The notes: generated by a model not told the origin, from the letters alone. DNA of 64,000 nucleotides from Patescibacteria group bacterium (GCA_018814025.1 JAHJAM010000023.1:1896-65895), one strand, 5' to 3'. Positions 10,357 to 20,127 are shown, counted from the first letter of the stretch. Translations and numbers: made by a program.

Positions 10357-10781
10357 GGAAAATCATCCTAACAATTTTTGTCGGCTGTCTTTTTCTCCTA
10401 TCCGCTGCCCCGGCCTTGGCCGATGTGTGCAAAAGTGATAGCTGTTCTAAAACCGAAGTCGGCGCTTTCATGCAAGATATTGCCGCCAAATGCTACAACA
10501 CCGGCGATTGTTCCTTGGCCGACATCATGATCGTGATTAACAACGTGGGAATTTATGTCCTGGGCATCATCGGCTCTCTGGTTCTGCTCATGTATGTCAT
10601 CGGCGGCATCATGATGCTGACCTCAGAGGGAGGAGATCGGAAAGTCCAAGGAAAAAAGATGATCGTCGGTGCCACTGTTGGCATGATCATTGTCTTTGCC
10701 GCTTACGCCGCCATCATCACCCTGGACAGTGTTTTGCGCAATCGCGGCCTGGCCGAAACCATTAGCGAACAACAAAAGTAA
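10353..10781 (+). CDS. VirB2/TrbC-like pilin 1 (Cys-rich N-terminus)
   Basis: Signal peptide ending ALA; two TM helices joined by GGIMMLTSEGG..K..GKK loop. Confidence 0.8.
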   Translation: MRKIILTIFVGCLFLLSAAPALADVCKSDSCSKTEVGAFMQDIAAKCYNTGDCSLADIMIVINNVGIYVLGIIGSLVLLMYVIGGIMMLTSEGGDRKVQGKKMIVGATVGMIIVFAAYAAIITLDSVLRNRGLAETISEQQK

Positions 10782-10808
10782 CCAAATCCAACCAATAATC
10801 TTTATCTT

Positions 10809-11159
10809 ATGAGAAAACAATACTGGCTTGGCACTTTCCTGGGGATAACTCTGGCCTGTCTGCCCCTGATCGCCTTTGGCGCCAAATTAACTAATCCCCT
10901 GGGCGAAGGTCCTGATGCCGCGGATTTCCGTGTTATAATAGGCCGAGTTATTCAGTTTCTTTTGGGCTTATCCGGCTCCTTGGCTTTGCTCATGTTTGTT
11001 TGGGGCGGCGTTCAGTGGATGATTTCCGGCGGCGTTCCGGACAAAATCAAAAAAGGCAAAGACACTTTGATTTGGGCAACTATCGGACTTGTGGTAATAT
11101 TTACTGCATACACGCTGGTCAGCACCCTGATCAAGGCTCTGGCCAACAGTCCGGCTTAA
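10809..11159 (+). CDS. VirB2/TrbC-like pilin 2
   Basis: LTNPLG; GGVQWMISGG..KIKKGK..LIWA.IGLVVIF.AY. Confidence 0.85.
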   Translation: MRKQYWLGTFLGITLACLPLIAFGAKLTNPLGEGPDAADFRVIIGRVIQFLLGLSGSLALLMFVWGGVQWMISGGVPDKIKKGKDTLIWATIGLVVIFTAYTLVSTLIKALANSPA

Positions 11160-11221
11160 CTCGTATCTTTATCAAATAACTTAATTAACCTCACTATAAA
11201 CTTAAGAGGTAAAACATCCAT

Positions 11222-11614
11222 ATGAAAGAACTTTATTACAAAATCGGCACCAAGTTAGCCATTTTGCCCGTGCTCTTAGCCCCTAAAGCCACCTTCGCCC
11301 AAGCTTTGGGACAAGAAGATCTTTTCGGCGGCATAGGTTCAGAAGAGTTTGCTGGCTCTGCCGGTTTGGGAAGCGCTAATTTGACCGATACCATTGCTTC
11401 CATCATCCGCACCATCCTCGGATTTTTAGGCATCATCGCCGTGGTCATTATCCTCTTCGGCGGTTTCAAGTGGATGACTTCCGGCGGCGCTGAAGAAAAA
11501 GTTAAAGATGCCAAAAAACTCATCATCTCCGGCATTATCGGTTTGGTAATTGTACTCTCGGCCTTTGCCATTGCCTCATTTGTCATCACCAACATCGCTC
11601 AGGTTGCTGCTTAA
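11222..11614 (+). CDS. VirB2/TrbC-like pilin 3
   Basis: GGFKWMTSGG.EEKV..AKKLI..GIIGLVIV.SAFAI. Confidence 0.85.
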   Translation: MKELYYKIGTKLAILPVLLAPKATFAQALGQEDLFGGIGSEEFAGSAGLGSANLTDTIASIIRTILGFLGIIAVVIILFGGFKWMTSGGAEEKVKDAKKLIISGIIGLVIVLSAFAIASFVITNIAQVAA

Positions 11615-11687
11615 TCGAAACGATTTTCTTGGGCCAACCATTGGTTGGCCCATAACGCAAGCGGATAATTTTTTATCCCTTCGCGTT

Positions 11688-12149
11688 ATGAAAAAGATCC
11701 TCAACGCCTTTTTCTTGATCATTATCGGTCTGTTCTCGTTCAGTGCCGTCCCGGCCTTGGCCCAAGGCGGCGTGGCTTTGGAAGGCCTGGATAAAACCGC
11801 GGGCGTGGCCGAATACACCACTGGCGAATCCGCCAATCTGACTAATGTCGTGGGTGGGTTGATTGGTTCGCTTCTGGGCGTACTCGGCATCGTTTTCGTC
11901 ATCCTGCTTATCTATGGCGGCATCAGATATATGACCGCCAGCGGTGATGAAACGCACGTCAAAGAAGCCAAAAGCCTTTTAATCGCAGCCACTGTCGGAT
12001 TAATTATCACGATTTCTGCTTACGCCATTGCCTCATTTACCCTGTCGAGATTATCCATTGGCTTAGGTATTGATAATCAGGGAAAACTAATCTGCGATCC
12101 GGAAACCGGCGTCTGTGTTCAAGGCGGACCAGCCGTTCCCTCTGACTAA
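11688..12149 (+). CDS. VirB2/TrbC-like pilin 4
   Basis: Signal peptide ALA; YGGIRYMTASG.E..VK.AK..L..A.VGLII..SAYAI; C-terminal C-x6-C tail. Confidence 0.85.
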   Translation: MKKILNAFFLIIIGLFSFSAVPALAQGGVALEGLDKTAGVAEYTTGESANLTNVVGGLIGSLLGVLGIVFVILLIYGGIRYMTASGDETHVKEAKSLLIAATVGLIITISAYAIASFTLSRLSIGLGIDNQGKLICDPETGVCVQGGPAVPSD

Positions 12150-12194
12150 TTGCAACATAAATTTTATTTATAATAATCAATTATCTAAATCGCT

Positions 12195-12578
12195 ATGAAA
12201 AACATGTTCTACAAAATCGGAGCCTGGATCTCCGTTCTCCCGGTCCTTCTGCTCCCCACCGCCACTTATGCCGGACTTACCGATGCTGGCACTAACCTGT
12301 CTCAAGTTGGCGATGCCGCTAGTTTATCGCAAAACGAAAGAAGCTTACCGAAATTGATTGGTGGTTTGATTAACGTCATTATTAGTGTCTTGGGAATTGT
12401 CTTCGTGATTCTAATTGTCTACGCGGGTATCCTTTATATGACCGCCGGCGGCGAAAAAGACAAAGTCGAAAAAGCCAAAAATCTGATGATCCAAGCGGTG
12501 ATTGGTTTAGTCATCATTGTGGCCGCTTACGCCATTTCAAGCTTTGTTATCACCCAACTCACCACCATCACTTCATAA
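12195..12578 (+). CDS. VirB2/TrbC-like pilin 5
   Basis: YAGILYMTAGG.KDKVEKAK..M.QAVIGLVII.AAYAI. Confidence 0.85.
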   Translation: MKNMFYKIGAWISVLPVLLLPTATYAGLTDAGTNLSQVGDAASLSQNERSLPKLIGGLINVIISVLGIVFVILIVYAGILYMTAGGEKDKVEKAKNLMIQAVIGLVIIVAAYAISSFVITQLTTITS

Positions 12579-12587
12579 TCTAAATCC

Positions 12588-12651
12588 AAAAACACCCCGC
12601 TTGGGCGGGGTGTTTTTTAATTAAAAAAGCCCTCGACCGAAGTCGAGGGCT
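12588..12651. terminator. Two back-to-back intrinsic terminators (pilin operon; minus-strand lipoprotein pair)
   Basis: CACCCCGC/GCGGGGTG plus T-tract; A-tract plus GCCCTCGAC/GTCGAGGGC. Confidence 0.8.
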
Positions 12652-12677
12652 GTGTCAGAGAAAGAACGGAAAGGAGA

Positions 12678-13220
12678 TCAGTAGTACTGATCCACGCTGT
12701 CGACCGGTCCGTTGCCTCGACGCGCGCGCTTTTCCCAGACCTTGCGGCATCGGCCCTGATAGTCGCAGGACAAACCCACAACCACGATCTGAGCTCCGGG
12801 CTGGTCAATCGGCACCCACAAGGCCTGCCCGATCGGCGCCGCCTTGTAAGACACGCTGTCATAGCGCCCGTCGCCGTCCAAGTCCGCAAAGACCTGAGCC
12901 AGCGGCATACCGAAGCAGTTGGTCGATAGCAGATACACGCCCATCGATTCGAAGTTTACCACCATGTGGCTGGCCGTCGGCGCCTTCTTCTCCATGTGCT
13001 GGATCTCGAAGCCGCGGAAACCCACGGGCTTGCACGCCTTGGCCGACAGATGAGAGGCCGCCTTGTTGTACTCCTGCACCTCCACGGACTGGCCTGCCCA
13101 ATTGGGCTGCATGATTCGGGCCGAAGCCAGCTGACCGCGCGAACCCGGGTTATAGGTGAAAGGCACCATCCCGCAACCCACGCTTGCCGCTGCCAGAATG
13201 AGGATTATGAAACATTTCAT
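12678..13220 (-). CDS. Hypothetical lipoprotein
   Basis: Lipobox SVGC; GGGAG RBS; DLDGDGRYD Ca-binding-like motif. Confidence 0.7.
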   Translation of the reverse strand: MKCFIILILAAASVGCGMVPFTYNPGSRGQLASARIMQPNWAGQSVEVQEYNKAASHLSAKACKPVGFRGFEIQHMEKKAPTASHMVVNFESMGVYLLSTNCFGMPLAQVFADLDGDGRYDSVSYKAAPIGQALWVPIDQPGAQIVVVGLSCDYQGRCRKVWEKRARRGNGPVDSVDQYY

Positions 13221-13249
13221 GATTCTTCTCCCTTCTGTTGTAGTGGTTG

Positions 13250-13909
13250 CTACTTCTGATCGAACTCGCCACCCAGCAGGATCTCGTTATCCTTCTTGAT
13301 GACGGTCATCTCGTCCTTCATGACCTTGTTCTCCGTTTCGGCCGCCACCACTCGCTCTTCAAGCTTCTTAAGAGCTTCGGCACCGGCCGCTGACAGGCTG
13401 GCTGTTCCTGACTGGCCGGTTGGCGTATTGGCGAAACCTTGCTGAACCGGCATCGAAGTGCCGCCCAAAGCCGAAACCGGAACTGCCGTCGGCGCCTGCA
13501 CCCCATTCATCCTCATCATCTGATCCCGAAGGGCCATCTGAGAATCCATGAGGTAGATCTGATCGATCCCGCCGCCGAACATGTTACCCATGCCCGGCAT
13601 ACCCATCATACCCATACCATTGCCACCAGAGGCTGCCTGGACCACACTCGCGTCGCCTGTGGCGGCGCGCTTGCAGTTCCCGAAATTGTCGCAGTCCTCG
13701 ATCTGGGCGTTCTTGCCTTCTTCCATGGCCTTAGCCGTTGCCTTAGCCACCACCGTATCCGCGGTCTCGAACCCGTGGGTCTTCTTCTCTACCCTGACCT
13801 TGGCATGGGTCTCGGGATCTGTCTCGTACCGGACCTTGGACTCGGAAGTGTAAGCACATCCCGAGAGCATCGAAATCGCCAACGCGATCATCATCACTCG
13901 CTTCATCAT
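13250..13909 (-). CDS. Hypothetical lipoprotein, Gly/Met-rich centre, C-terminal coiled coil
   Basis: AGGAGG RBS before ATG at 13909; lipobox LSGC. Confidence 0.75.
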   Translation of the reverse strand: MMKRVMMIALAISMLSGCAYTSESKVRYETDPETHAKVRVEKKTHGFETADTVVAKATAKAMEEGKNAQIEDCDNFGNCKRAATGDASVVQAASGGNGMGMMGMPGMGNMFGGGIDQIYLMDSQMALRDQMMRMNGVQAPTAVPVSALGGTSMPVQQGFANTPTGQSGTASLSAAGAEALKKLEERVVAAETENKVMKDEMTVIKKDNEILLGGEFDQK

Positions 13910-14111
13910 CGCCTCCTGCTGGTTAAAACCAGACGTTCTGACTGTTAATATTTCAAGGTCCAAAAAAGGCACCAACTCGAGGGGATGTTATACGCCCGGT
14001 AGTCCAACCAATGGTTGCACTTCCGGGTCAAGCCGGAACGTCGTTTCGTTTGGCTTCATAACATAAGTTAGCACCTTTTTTGACCCCTCAAATGTCATTT
14101 TGCAACAGCTA

Positions 14112-14140
14112 AATATATCACAATTTTACGATTTTGTCAA
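14112..14140 (-). promoter_or_regulatory. Sigma70-type promoter for the lipoprotein pair
   Basis: TTGACA-17 nt-TATATT on the minus strand. Confidence 0.7.
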
Positions 14141-14243
14141 CCCGATAGGACAGCAAACGGTTGTACTACCGGGTCAAGGGTTTGAGGCTAATTTTAGTAA
14201 AAAAAGAGCCCAAGCGCGTGTAACAACGCGCTTGGGCTAGAAG

Positions 14244-16643
14244 TTAAAAGGACTTGCAATTCTTATCGAACTTAGCCTTGGCCGCCTGATTGTTGGCCAT
14301 CAGCTCCTTCCAATTGGCACACAGAGCCTGCTGTCTGGGCGTGAGCTTCGGCTTTCCTCCCTGCTTCTTGCCGCCAGTCCCAATGGACCGAACAACCGGG
14401 CTTGCTCTGGGCAGATCGTTCTTGGAAACCTCGCCCCTGAACAGGAGCCAGCCCAGGAAGATGGCAACCAACATGGCCGATATTGTAGCGATCAAACCGG
14501 CCAAGTCAGGGCTGAAAGCGCTCAGCCCATCTTTGTACGAGCGTTGCATGCTTGCCCTGACAACCCCGCCGATCACCAAACAAATGATGATAGACAGAAT
14601 CACGAACAGTGCCTTACCACTGAGATCAGGCAGCTGATCAACGCCCATGATCGACAGAGAACTGTCGTTGATCATGTATTTCTGCTGGCCGGAAGGCGTC
14701 TCCACGGTCTTGACCAGAACTCCGGGCAAATTGACCATCGTGCCCTTGGGCAGGACCACGATCCCGGCCGCTCCGTCGCACGTGAAGTGCTCGACCAAAG
14801 CCTTTTTCTGCGCTTTAGCCTCAGTCTGCTTGCTGACGTTGTTCTTATTCTCCTCAGTCAACAAGCACTTGTCAGTCAAAGCCGCACTCAGCTTCTCACC
14901 GAAGACCTTGAGGGCCGGCTCGTAGCGCTGGCCCGGCAAAGGCACAACCAGGGTGTTAACCTGCTCGCCCTTGTCCGAAAACTCAGCCTGCCAAGCCACG
15001 GTCACGGGAAAAGCTGCACTCTCGCGCAAATCGTTGATCACGGCCGCTCGGCCGCACACCAACAACATCACGATCGCCAGCAAGATCGGCCAAGTGCCGA
15101 TCCGCTCTTCGCTTTTGGCCGAAAACAGCCAGGCCGAGAGCAGCAGCGCCGCCAACGTTCCCACCACTCGGCCGAACATCGCAAAGTCAGCCAAGTTAAT
15201 GAACACGCACAGGACCATGTTGAGCACGATCGCCCAAGCCAGACCCCGAGCGTAATTCACGCCCCAATGGAAATCTCGGCCGGCCGCGATTTCCGTGACT
15301 CGATCCAGCACTGCCTCCACAGCCTTCACCGGAAGCAGTAGCAAGGCAAGCGGCAGTCCCAGCCCCATGGCCAGCCCAATCGCCAAGACCGGGTAACCGA
15401 TCAGTGTGGCCAACCATGGCAAAGCCAGGAGCAACACCGCGATCAGCAAGCCCACAATGGACCGCTTGACCCAGGTCCAGATGAACTGTTTTCGGCGCGT
15501 GGCGACTTGGTCGCCTCCCTCATCGTCCGTAAACAAAGAGAGAATCGTCGATTTCCACTCCTGGAAGGGCGCCAATTCCGCGCCGCTCACATCAAGAGCG
15601 GTGATGTATTCGATCATGAACTCTTCCGGCATTGTGCCGTCAGGCTCAATTTTTCCCTCGAGCTGATGAGCCAGCTCTTCCAGGACCTGCACATTGCGAA
15701 TCGTCGCCGGATTATTGACCGCTTCCAAGAACTTCTCAAAGTTCTTGTACTTGACTGAGGTGAAGCTCAGCGAAGTCGTCCCGCGCATCCGACGTGCCAC
15801 CGACCTGATCACGGCCACGTGGACCTTGATCAACAGCGGACTGGCCTGGTCGAAATTCTTGACCGAAGGCTGGGTAGCGGTTGAAGCTTTCTTTTGAAGA
15901 TCAACCTCACCCACATTCCCCATGCACACCGGACAGAAGAATTTCTTCTGAGCCAAAGCGATGCCGATGGGATGAACTTCGACTTTCCAGAGCTTGCCTC
16001 CGACCAGCACATCCTTTTTTAACTTGTTGTCCCACCGTGTGGTCTGGGCATTCAGCTCCTCAAACATAGCCTCCGCACTCGCATACAGCTCGCACGGAAC
16101 CACCGGATTGCCATTCTCCTTCTTCATGACCGTCCCGTCGGCATTGAGCGCCACGCGATGCGCACCAGCCACCCGGGGGGCGACCGCTGCCATCTCGTAC
16201 TCGCCCACCGACGCGGCCGTCGTACCCGCGGCCGGCGTACCCAATTTCTCATCAACCGTCCGGTCAATGAGATCTTCGAGATCCGCATCCGCCAGCCCGT
16301 CCACAGCACCGAAGCACAGATGAGGAATCAGGGCCTTGATCACGGCTTTGGTCTTGGGCTTCAAGTAAGCGCTTGGAATAAAATCCACGAGCCACTCAGC
16401 CGCCCCGCCGACCGCTCGTCCGAACATCTCGAACCCCGGCAGTTTGCGCGCGCCATTGATCAACAGGAAGAAGGACTTGGCGAACTCGTTCTCATTCTGG
16501 CGCTTGGCCAGCTCCACCAGCAATGAACCGGCCACGTTCCGAGCCCCTTTCTCAAAGGTCTCGGTTCCGACCGCCTTGCCGGCAGTACCAAAAAAGTCTC
16601 CAAACCTGCTCAAATCCAAGTCTCCAAAAGTCACCTTGGCCAT
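14244..16643 (-). CDS. Large hypothetical polytopic membrane protein (799 aa)
   Basis: GGAGG RBS; soluble N-half with CPVC; several TM segments in the C-half; own terminator at ~14201-14239. Confidence 0.8.
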   Translation of the reverse strand: MAKVTFGDLDLSRFGDFFGTAGKAVGTETFEKGARNVAGSLLVELAKRQNENEFAKSFFLLINGARKLPGFEMFGRAVGGAAEWLVDFIPSAYLKPKTKAVIKALIPHLCFGAVDGLADADLEDLIDRTVDEKLGTPAAGTTAASVGEYEMAAVAPRVAGAHRVALNADGTVMKKENGNPVVPCELYASAEAMFEELNAQTTRWDNKLKKDVLVGGKLWKVEVHPIGIALAQKKFFCPVCMGNVGEVDLQKKASTATQPSVKNFDQASPLLIKVHVAVIRSVARRMRGTTSLSFTSVKYKNFEKFLEAVNNPATIRNVQVLEELAHQLEGKIEPDGTMPEEFMIEYITALDVSGAELAPFQEWKSTILSLFTDDEGGDQVATRRKQFIWTWVKRSIVGLLIAVLLLALPWLATLIGYPVLAIGLAMGLGLPLALLLLPVKAVEAVLDRVTEIAAGRDFHWGVNYARGLAWAIVLNMVLCVFINLADFAMFGRVVGTLAALLLSAWLFSAKSEERIGTWPILLAIVMLLVCGRAAVINDLRESAAFPVTVAWQAEFSDKGEQVNTLVVPLPGQRYEPALKVFGEKLSAALTDKCLLTEENKNNVSKQTEAKAQKKALVEHFTCDGAAGIVVLPKGTMVNLPGVLVKTVETPSGQQKYMINDSSLSIMGVDQLPDLSGKALFVILSIIICLVIGGVVRASMQRSYKDGLSAFSPDLAGLIATISAMLVAIFLGWLLFRGEVSKNDLPRASPVVRSIGTGGKKQGGKPKLTPRQQALCANWKELMANNQAAKAKFDKNCKSF

Positions 16644-16879
16644 CTCTTTCCTCCGTATACGGCTAAGCCGATTTGTTTTTAGGTTGTTAACGATCTATTT
16701 AAACTCGGCTAAGCCGAGAGATCTCCCCATATGGGATTGCCGATTAATCGGCCTACCCGCATACGAAAGACACGTAAATATACCATATTTTAGCCAAAAT
16801 GTCAACCCTGTCTGACAGGGCCCTTGAAACAAAAAATTCCATCACCGGGTGATGGAATTTTTACAATATTTAAGCTGAA

Positions 16880-18085
16880 TTAAGCCAAAATCTCCTGATC
16901 AATACCCTGCCAATTCATCACTTTCGCCAAATCCCCGGTTCTTTGGTCAATCACCTTTGTCAGCGGTACTCGATCGCTGTTGCGCCCCATCACCACCGCC
17001 CCCACTAATTTGTTATCCCTCATCAACATTAATGTTGGACCATGCTCGTCTCCTTTTCTCACCAAAACCTTGTCCGCAGCTGCTAGTTCTACATCACCCA
17101 CAAAAGTAATATCCAATCCCAAAATCTCCATTGCATAACTTGGCACTTGTTGATATTCACTCCGCTCACCTGCCATAGACTTCGCCACCACTCGTCCTTG
17201 GCTCATGGCTTTTTGCCAATTGCCAAACATAATGTGCCGATTGGCGACTACGTCAAAATATTCCGCCACATCCCCAACCGCCCAGACGTCTTCAACATTG
17301 GTTTCTAAAAACTCATTCACTTTCACTCCGCGATCAACTTCAATCTCTGCATCCTTAATCCAACCCAAATCACTCTGGACCCCAATTCCAATTCCCAAAA
17401 TATCACACTCAACTTTTTGATTTTCCAGTTTCATTCCCTCTAATTCCTTTTCACCTTCGACTCCTAAAAATTTTTGTTCAGTCAAAATTTTCACACCTTG
17501 CTGGCGCAAATGTTCATTTAAAAATTCACCGGCTTCTTCATTCAAATTCTTGCTCCAAAAGTGTTGGCCGCGCAAAGCGATGGTGGTCGGCAATTCATGA
17601 GCAACAAATAGGTTCAAGTATTCGCAAGCGATTAAACCGCCGCCCCAAACCGCGGCCGGGTCGCCTTTTTTTCGCTCATTTAACAACTGTTTTAAGTGAT
17701 CCGCATCATCCAAACTCCGCAAATAAGAGACTCCACGCACATCTCCATCCACCACTCTTGGTTCATTTCCCGAAGCAATTAACAATTTATCATAAGGCAA
17801 CTCACGCCCATCAGAGAGTTCCACAAACTTATTTTTGGTATCACATTTCACTACTTCCACCCCACGCAACCATTCAATATTTTTCTCTTCATACCAACTT
17901 TCCTTTTTCAAAAACACCCGTTCGCGTTCTACTAAACCTTTTAAGTAATGCGGCAACAACACCCGCGAATATAACGGATGTTGTTCTTGGCTGATTAAAA
18001 TAATCTCACCGTCTGAATCAAGTTTTCGCAGTTCTTCGGCCGCTGTTGTACCAGCCACGCCTCCGCCCACGATTACGTACTTCAT
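16880..18085 (-). CDS. FAD-dependent NAD(P)H oxidoreductase (ferredoxin/rubredoxin reductase-like)
   Basis: VIVGGGVAG, YDKLLIASG, GGGLIACE, VWAVGDVAE. Confidence 0.9.
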   Translation of the reverse strand: MKYVIVGGGVAGTTAAEELRKLDSDGEIILISQEQHPLYSRVLLPHYLKGLVERERVFLKKESWYEEKNIEWLRGVEVVKCDTKNKFVELSDGRELPYDKLLIASGNEPRVVDGDVRGVSYLRSLDDADHLKQLLNERKKGDPAAVWGGGLIACEYLNLFVAHELPTTIALRGQHFWSKNLNEEAGEFLNEHLRQQGVKILTEQKFLGVEGEKELEGMKLENQKVECDILGIGIGVQSDLGWIKDAEIEVDRGVKVNEFLETNVEDVWAVGDVAEYFDVVANRHIMFGNWQKAMSQGRVVAKSMAGERSEYQQVPSYAMEILGLDITFVGDVELAAADKVLVRKGDEHGPTLMLMRDNKLVGAVVMGRNSDRVPLTKVIDQRTGDLAKVMNWQGIDQEILA

Positions 18086-18086
18086 A

Positions 18087-18353
18087 TTATAATTCTGGAA
18101 AAATTTGCTTGCCCTCTTCATTGTAAATAAATACTGCCAAAGTCGGACAAGACTGTGCGCCTAAAAGTATATTTTCCTTTTCTTCTTCACTCACTTCAAT
18201 CACTCGTTCATATTTGTTTCCCTCCGGACTTTGGCCGTGATCCAAAACCCAAGCTTTGTTCTCTTCATTAAGTTGAAAAGTCTCCGGCGCAATGGTCACG
18301 CATGAGGCCGCTCCAATACACAGTTCCGGATCGACTTTGATGGTTATCTTCAT
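18087..18353 (-). CDS. Single-cluster ferredoxin, probably [3Fe-4S]
   Basis: CIGAASC...SCPTLA. Confidence 0.9.
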   Translation of the reverse strand: MKITIKVDPELCIGAASCVTIAPETFQLNEENKAWVLDHGQSPEGNKYERVIEVSEEEKENILLGAQSCPTLAVFIYNEEGKQIFPEL

Positions 18354-18357
18354 AAAA

Positions 18358-18876
18358 TTATTTGTTACATTGATCTTTAAATGGACAAAAGAATTGCTCC
18401 TTTGGAGTTATTTTATCATTTTTACCCTGGCGTTCGTAATAATCATTCACCGCCGCCCGCAAAGCTTGATCCCCCAAAACGCTGCAATGAATCTTGCGCG
18501 CCGGCAAGCCCGAAAGCCGTTCAATGATATCCTGTGGCTTGAGTTTTTGGGCTTTATCTAGCGACATTCCGCCCTTCTCCATCACCATTTCCGAAAGCAT
18601 GGAAGTCGCGGCAATGGCGCTGGCGCAGCCAAAAGTTCGCCACTTGAATTCGGTAATCTTTTCCCCTTTTGGATCAACCTTGATCCAAACATGCATTTTG
18701 TCTCCGCAAGCCGGCGACCCGACCTGGCCCTCTCCATCGTATTCCCCTTCTTTGGGATCGGCTTTTAAAAAATTTCTGGGATTGAAAAAGTGATCTTTCA
18801 CCGTTTCCGAATAAAACCAAGATTGAGCCTGATCCGGACTTTCCACGTCTGTCAGTTTTTGTTCTTCATCAGCCAT
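18358..18876 (-). CDS. iscU: Fe-S scaffold protein IscU/NifU-N
   Basis: YSETVKDHFFNPRN, GSPACGD, TFGCASAIA, KIHCSVL. Confidence 0.92.
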   Translation of the reverse strand: MADEEQKLTDVESPDQAQSWFYSETVKDHFFNPRNFLKADPKEGEYDGEGQVGSPACGDKMHVWIKVDPKGEKITEFKWRTFGCASAIAATSMLSEMVMEKGGMSLDKAQKLKPQDIIERLSGLPARKIHCSVLGDQALRAAVNDYYERQGKNDKITPKEQFFCPFKDQCNK

Positions 18877-18877
18877 A

Positions 18878-20059
18878 TTATTTTGATAAATTCACTGGCG
18901 ATATCTCGCGGAGTTTTTCCACTAAAGGCGGCAATTTCTCCAGCACATAATTAATGTCTGCTTCGGTGGTCGAACGCCCCAAGGAAAATCGCAATGATCC
19001 GTGAGCTTCTTCAAATGGCCGGCCCGTGGCCACGATGACGTGCGAAGGATCAAGCGACGCGCTCGTGCAAGCCGAACCGGTCGAAGCGTAAATCCCTTGC
19101 GCATCCAAATATAAAACCAAAGCTTCGCCTTCGATATCCAAAAATGAAAGATTAACATTGTTGGGCAAGCGCTTGATTGCGTGTCCATTTATATAAGTCT
19201 TCGGCACTCGCTTTTGAATGCCCGCCATCAACTGGTCGCGCAGTTTAACCAGTCTGGCCGATTCCTTCTGTTTATTTTTTTGAGCGATTTCCAAGGCTTT
19301 GGCCATGCCCACGAATCCGGCCACGTTTTCCGTACCCGGCCGCAAGCCTTTTTGCTGATGCCCGCCGTGCATAATCGGTTTGATTTTCGTGCCTTTTCGA
19401 ATGTACAAAACCCCGACTCCTTTCGGCCCGTAAATCTTGCCCCCGTTTAAAGTCATCAAATCCACATGCAATTTTTCCACGGACAAATCCAAATATTCCG
19501 GCGCCTGGCAAGCATCCGTGTGAAAAACCGGCCGCGCCTTTTCGCCCCGCAGTTTCACGATTGCCTTGCCGATTTCAGCGATCGGCAAAATCGTGCCAAT
19601 CTCGTTGTTGGCGTACATGATCGAAACTAAAATCGTGTTCGGACGCATCGCGGCCATGACCTGTTCGGCAGTGATTAAACCGTCCGCATCCGGGGTCAGA
19701 TAAGTTACCTCAAATCCTTGCTCTCTTTCCAAATATTGAATGGTTTCCAAAACCGCGTGATGTTCAAACTTGGTGGTGATGATGTGCTTGCCCTGATCTT
19801 GATTGGCCCAAGCCGCGCCCAGGATGGCCAGATTGTCCGACTCGGTCCCGCCGGAAGTAAAAATAATTTCCGAAGCCCTGGCCTCCAAAATCTTCGCCAC
19901 GGTTTCACGCGCTTGATCCATGGCGTCTTTGCCTTTTTTCCCCGGCGTATGAAAACTCGAAGGATTGCCAAAATCCTCAGTCAAATAGGGTTTCATGGCC
20001 TCAAACACCTGTAAATCTAAAGGTGAAGTGGCCGCGTGATCAAGATAAACTTCTTTCAT
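18878..20059 (-). CDS. iscS: Cysteine desulfurase IscS/NifS
   Basis: YLDHAATS, GNPSS, FTSGGTE, HTDACQ, KIYGPKG, STGSACTS. Confidence 0.95.
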   Translation of the reverse strand: MKEVYLDHAATSPLDLQVFEAMKPYLTEDFGNPSSFHTPGKKGKDAMDQARETVAKILEARASEIIFTSGGTESDNLAILGAAWANQDQGKHIITTKFEHHAVLETIQYLEREQGFEVTYLTPDADGLITAEQVMAAMRPNTILVSIMYANNEIGTILPIAEIGKAIVKLRGEKARPVFHTDACQAPEYLDLSVEKLHVDLMTLNGGKIYGPKGVGVLYIRKGTKIKPIMHGGHQQKGLRPGTENVAGFVGMAKALEIAQKNKQKESARLVKLRDQLMAGIQKRVPKTYINGHAIKRLPNNVNLSFLDIEGEALVLYLDAQGIYASTGSACTSASLDPSHVIVATGRPFEEAHGSLRFSLGRSTTEADINYVLEKLPPLVEKLREISPVNLSK

Positions 20060-20127
20060 AGTTCACGAATCTTAACAAAAAAACCCTTGCTCGGCAAGGG
20101 ATCGGCCAACTTTAATCATTCGCGTCA

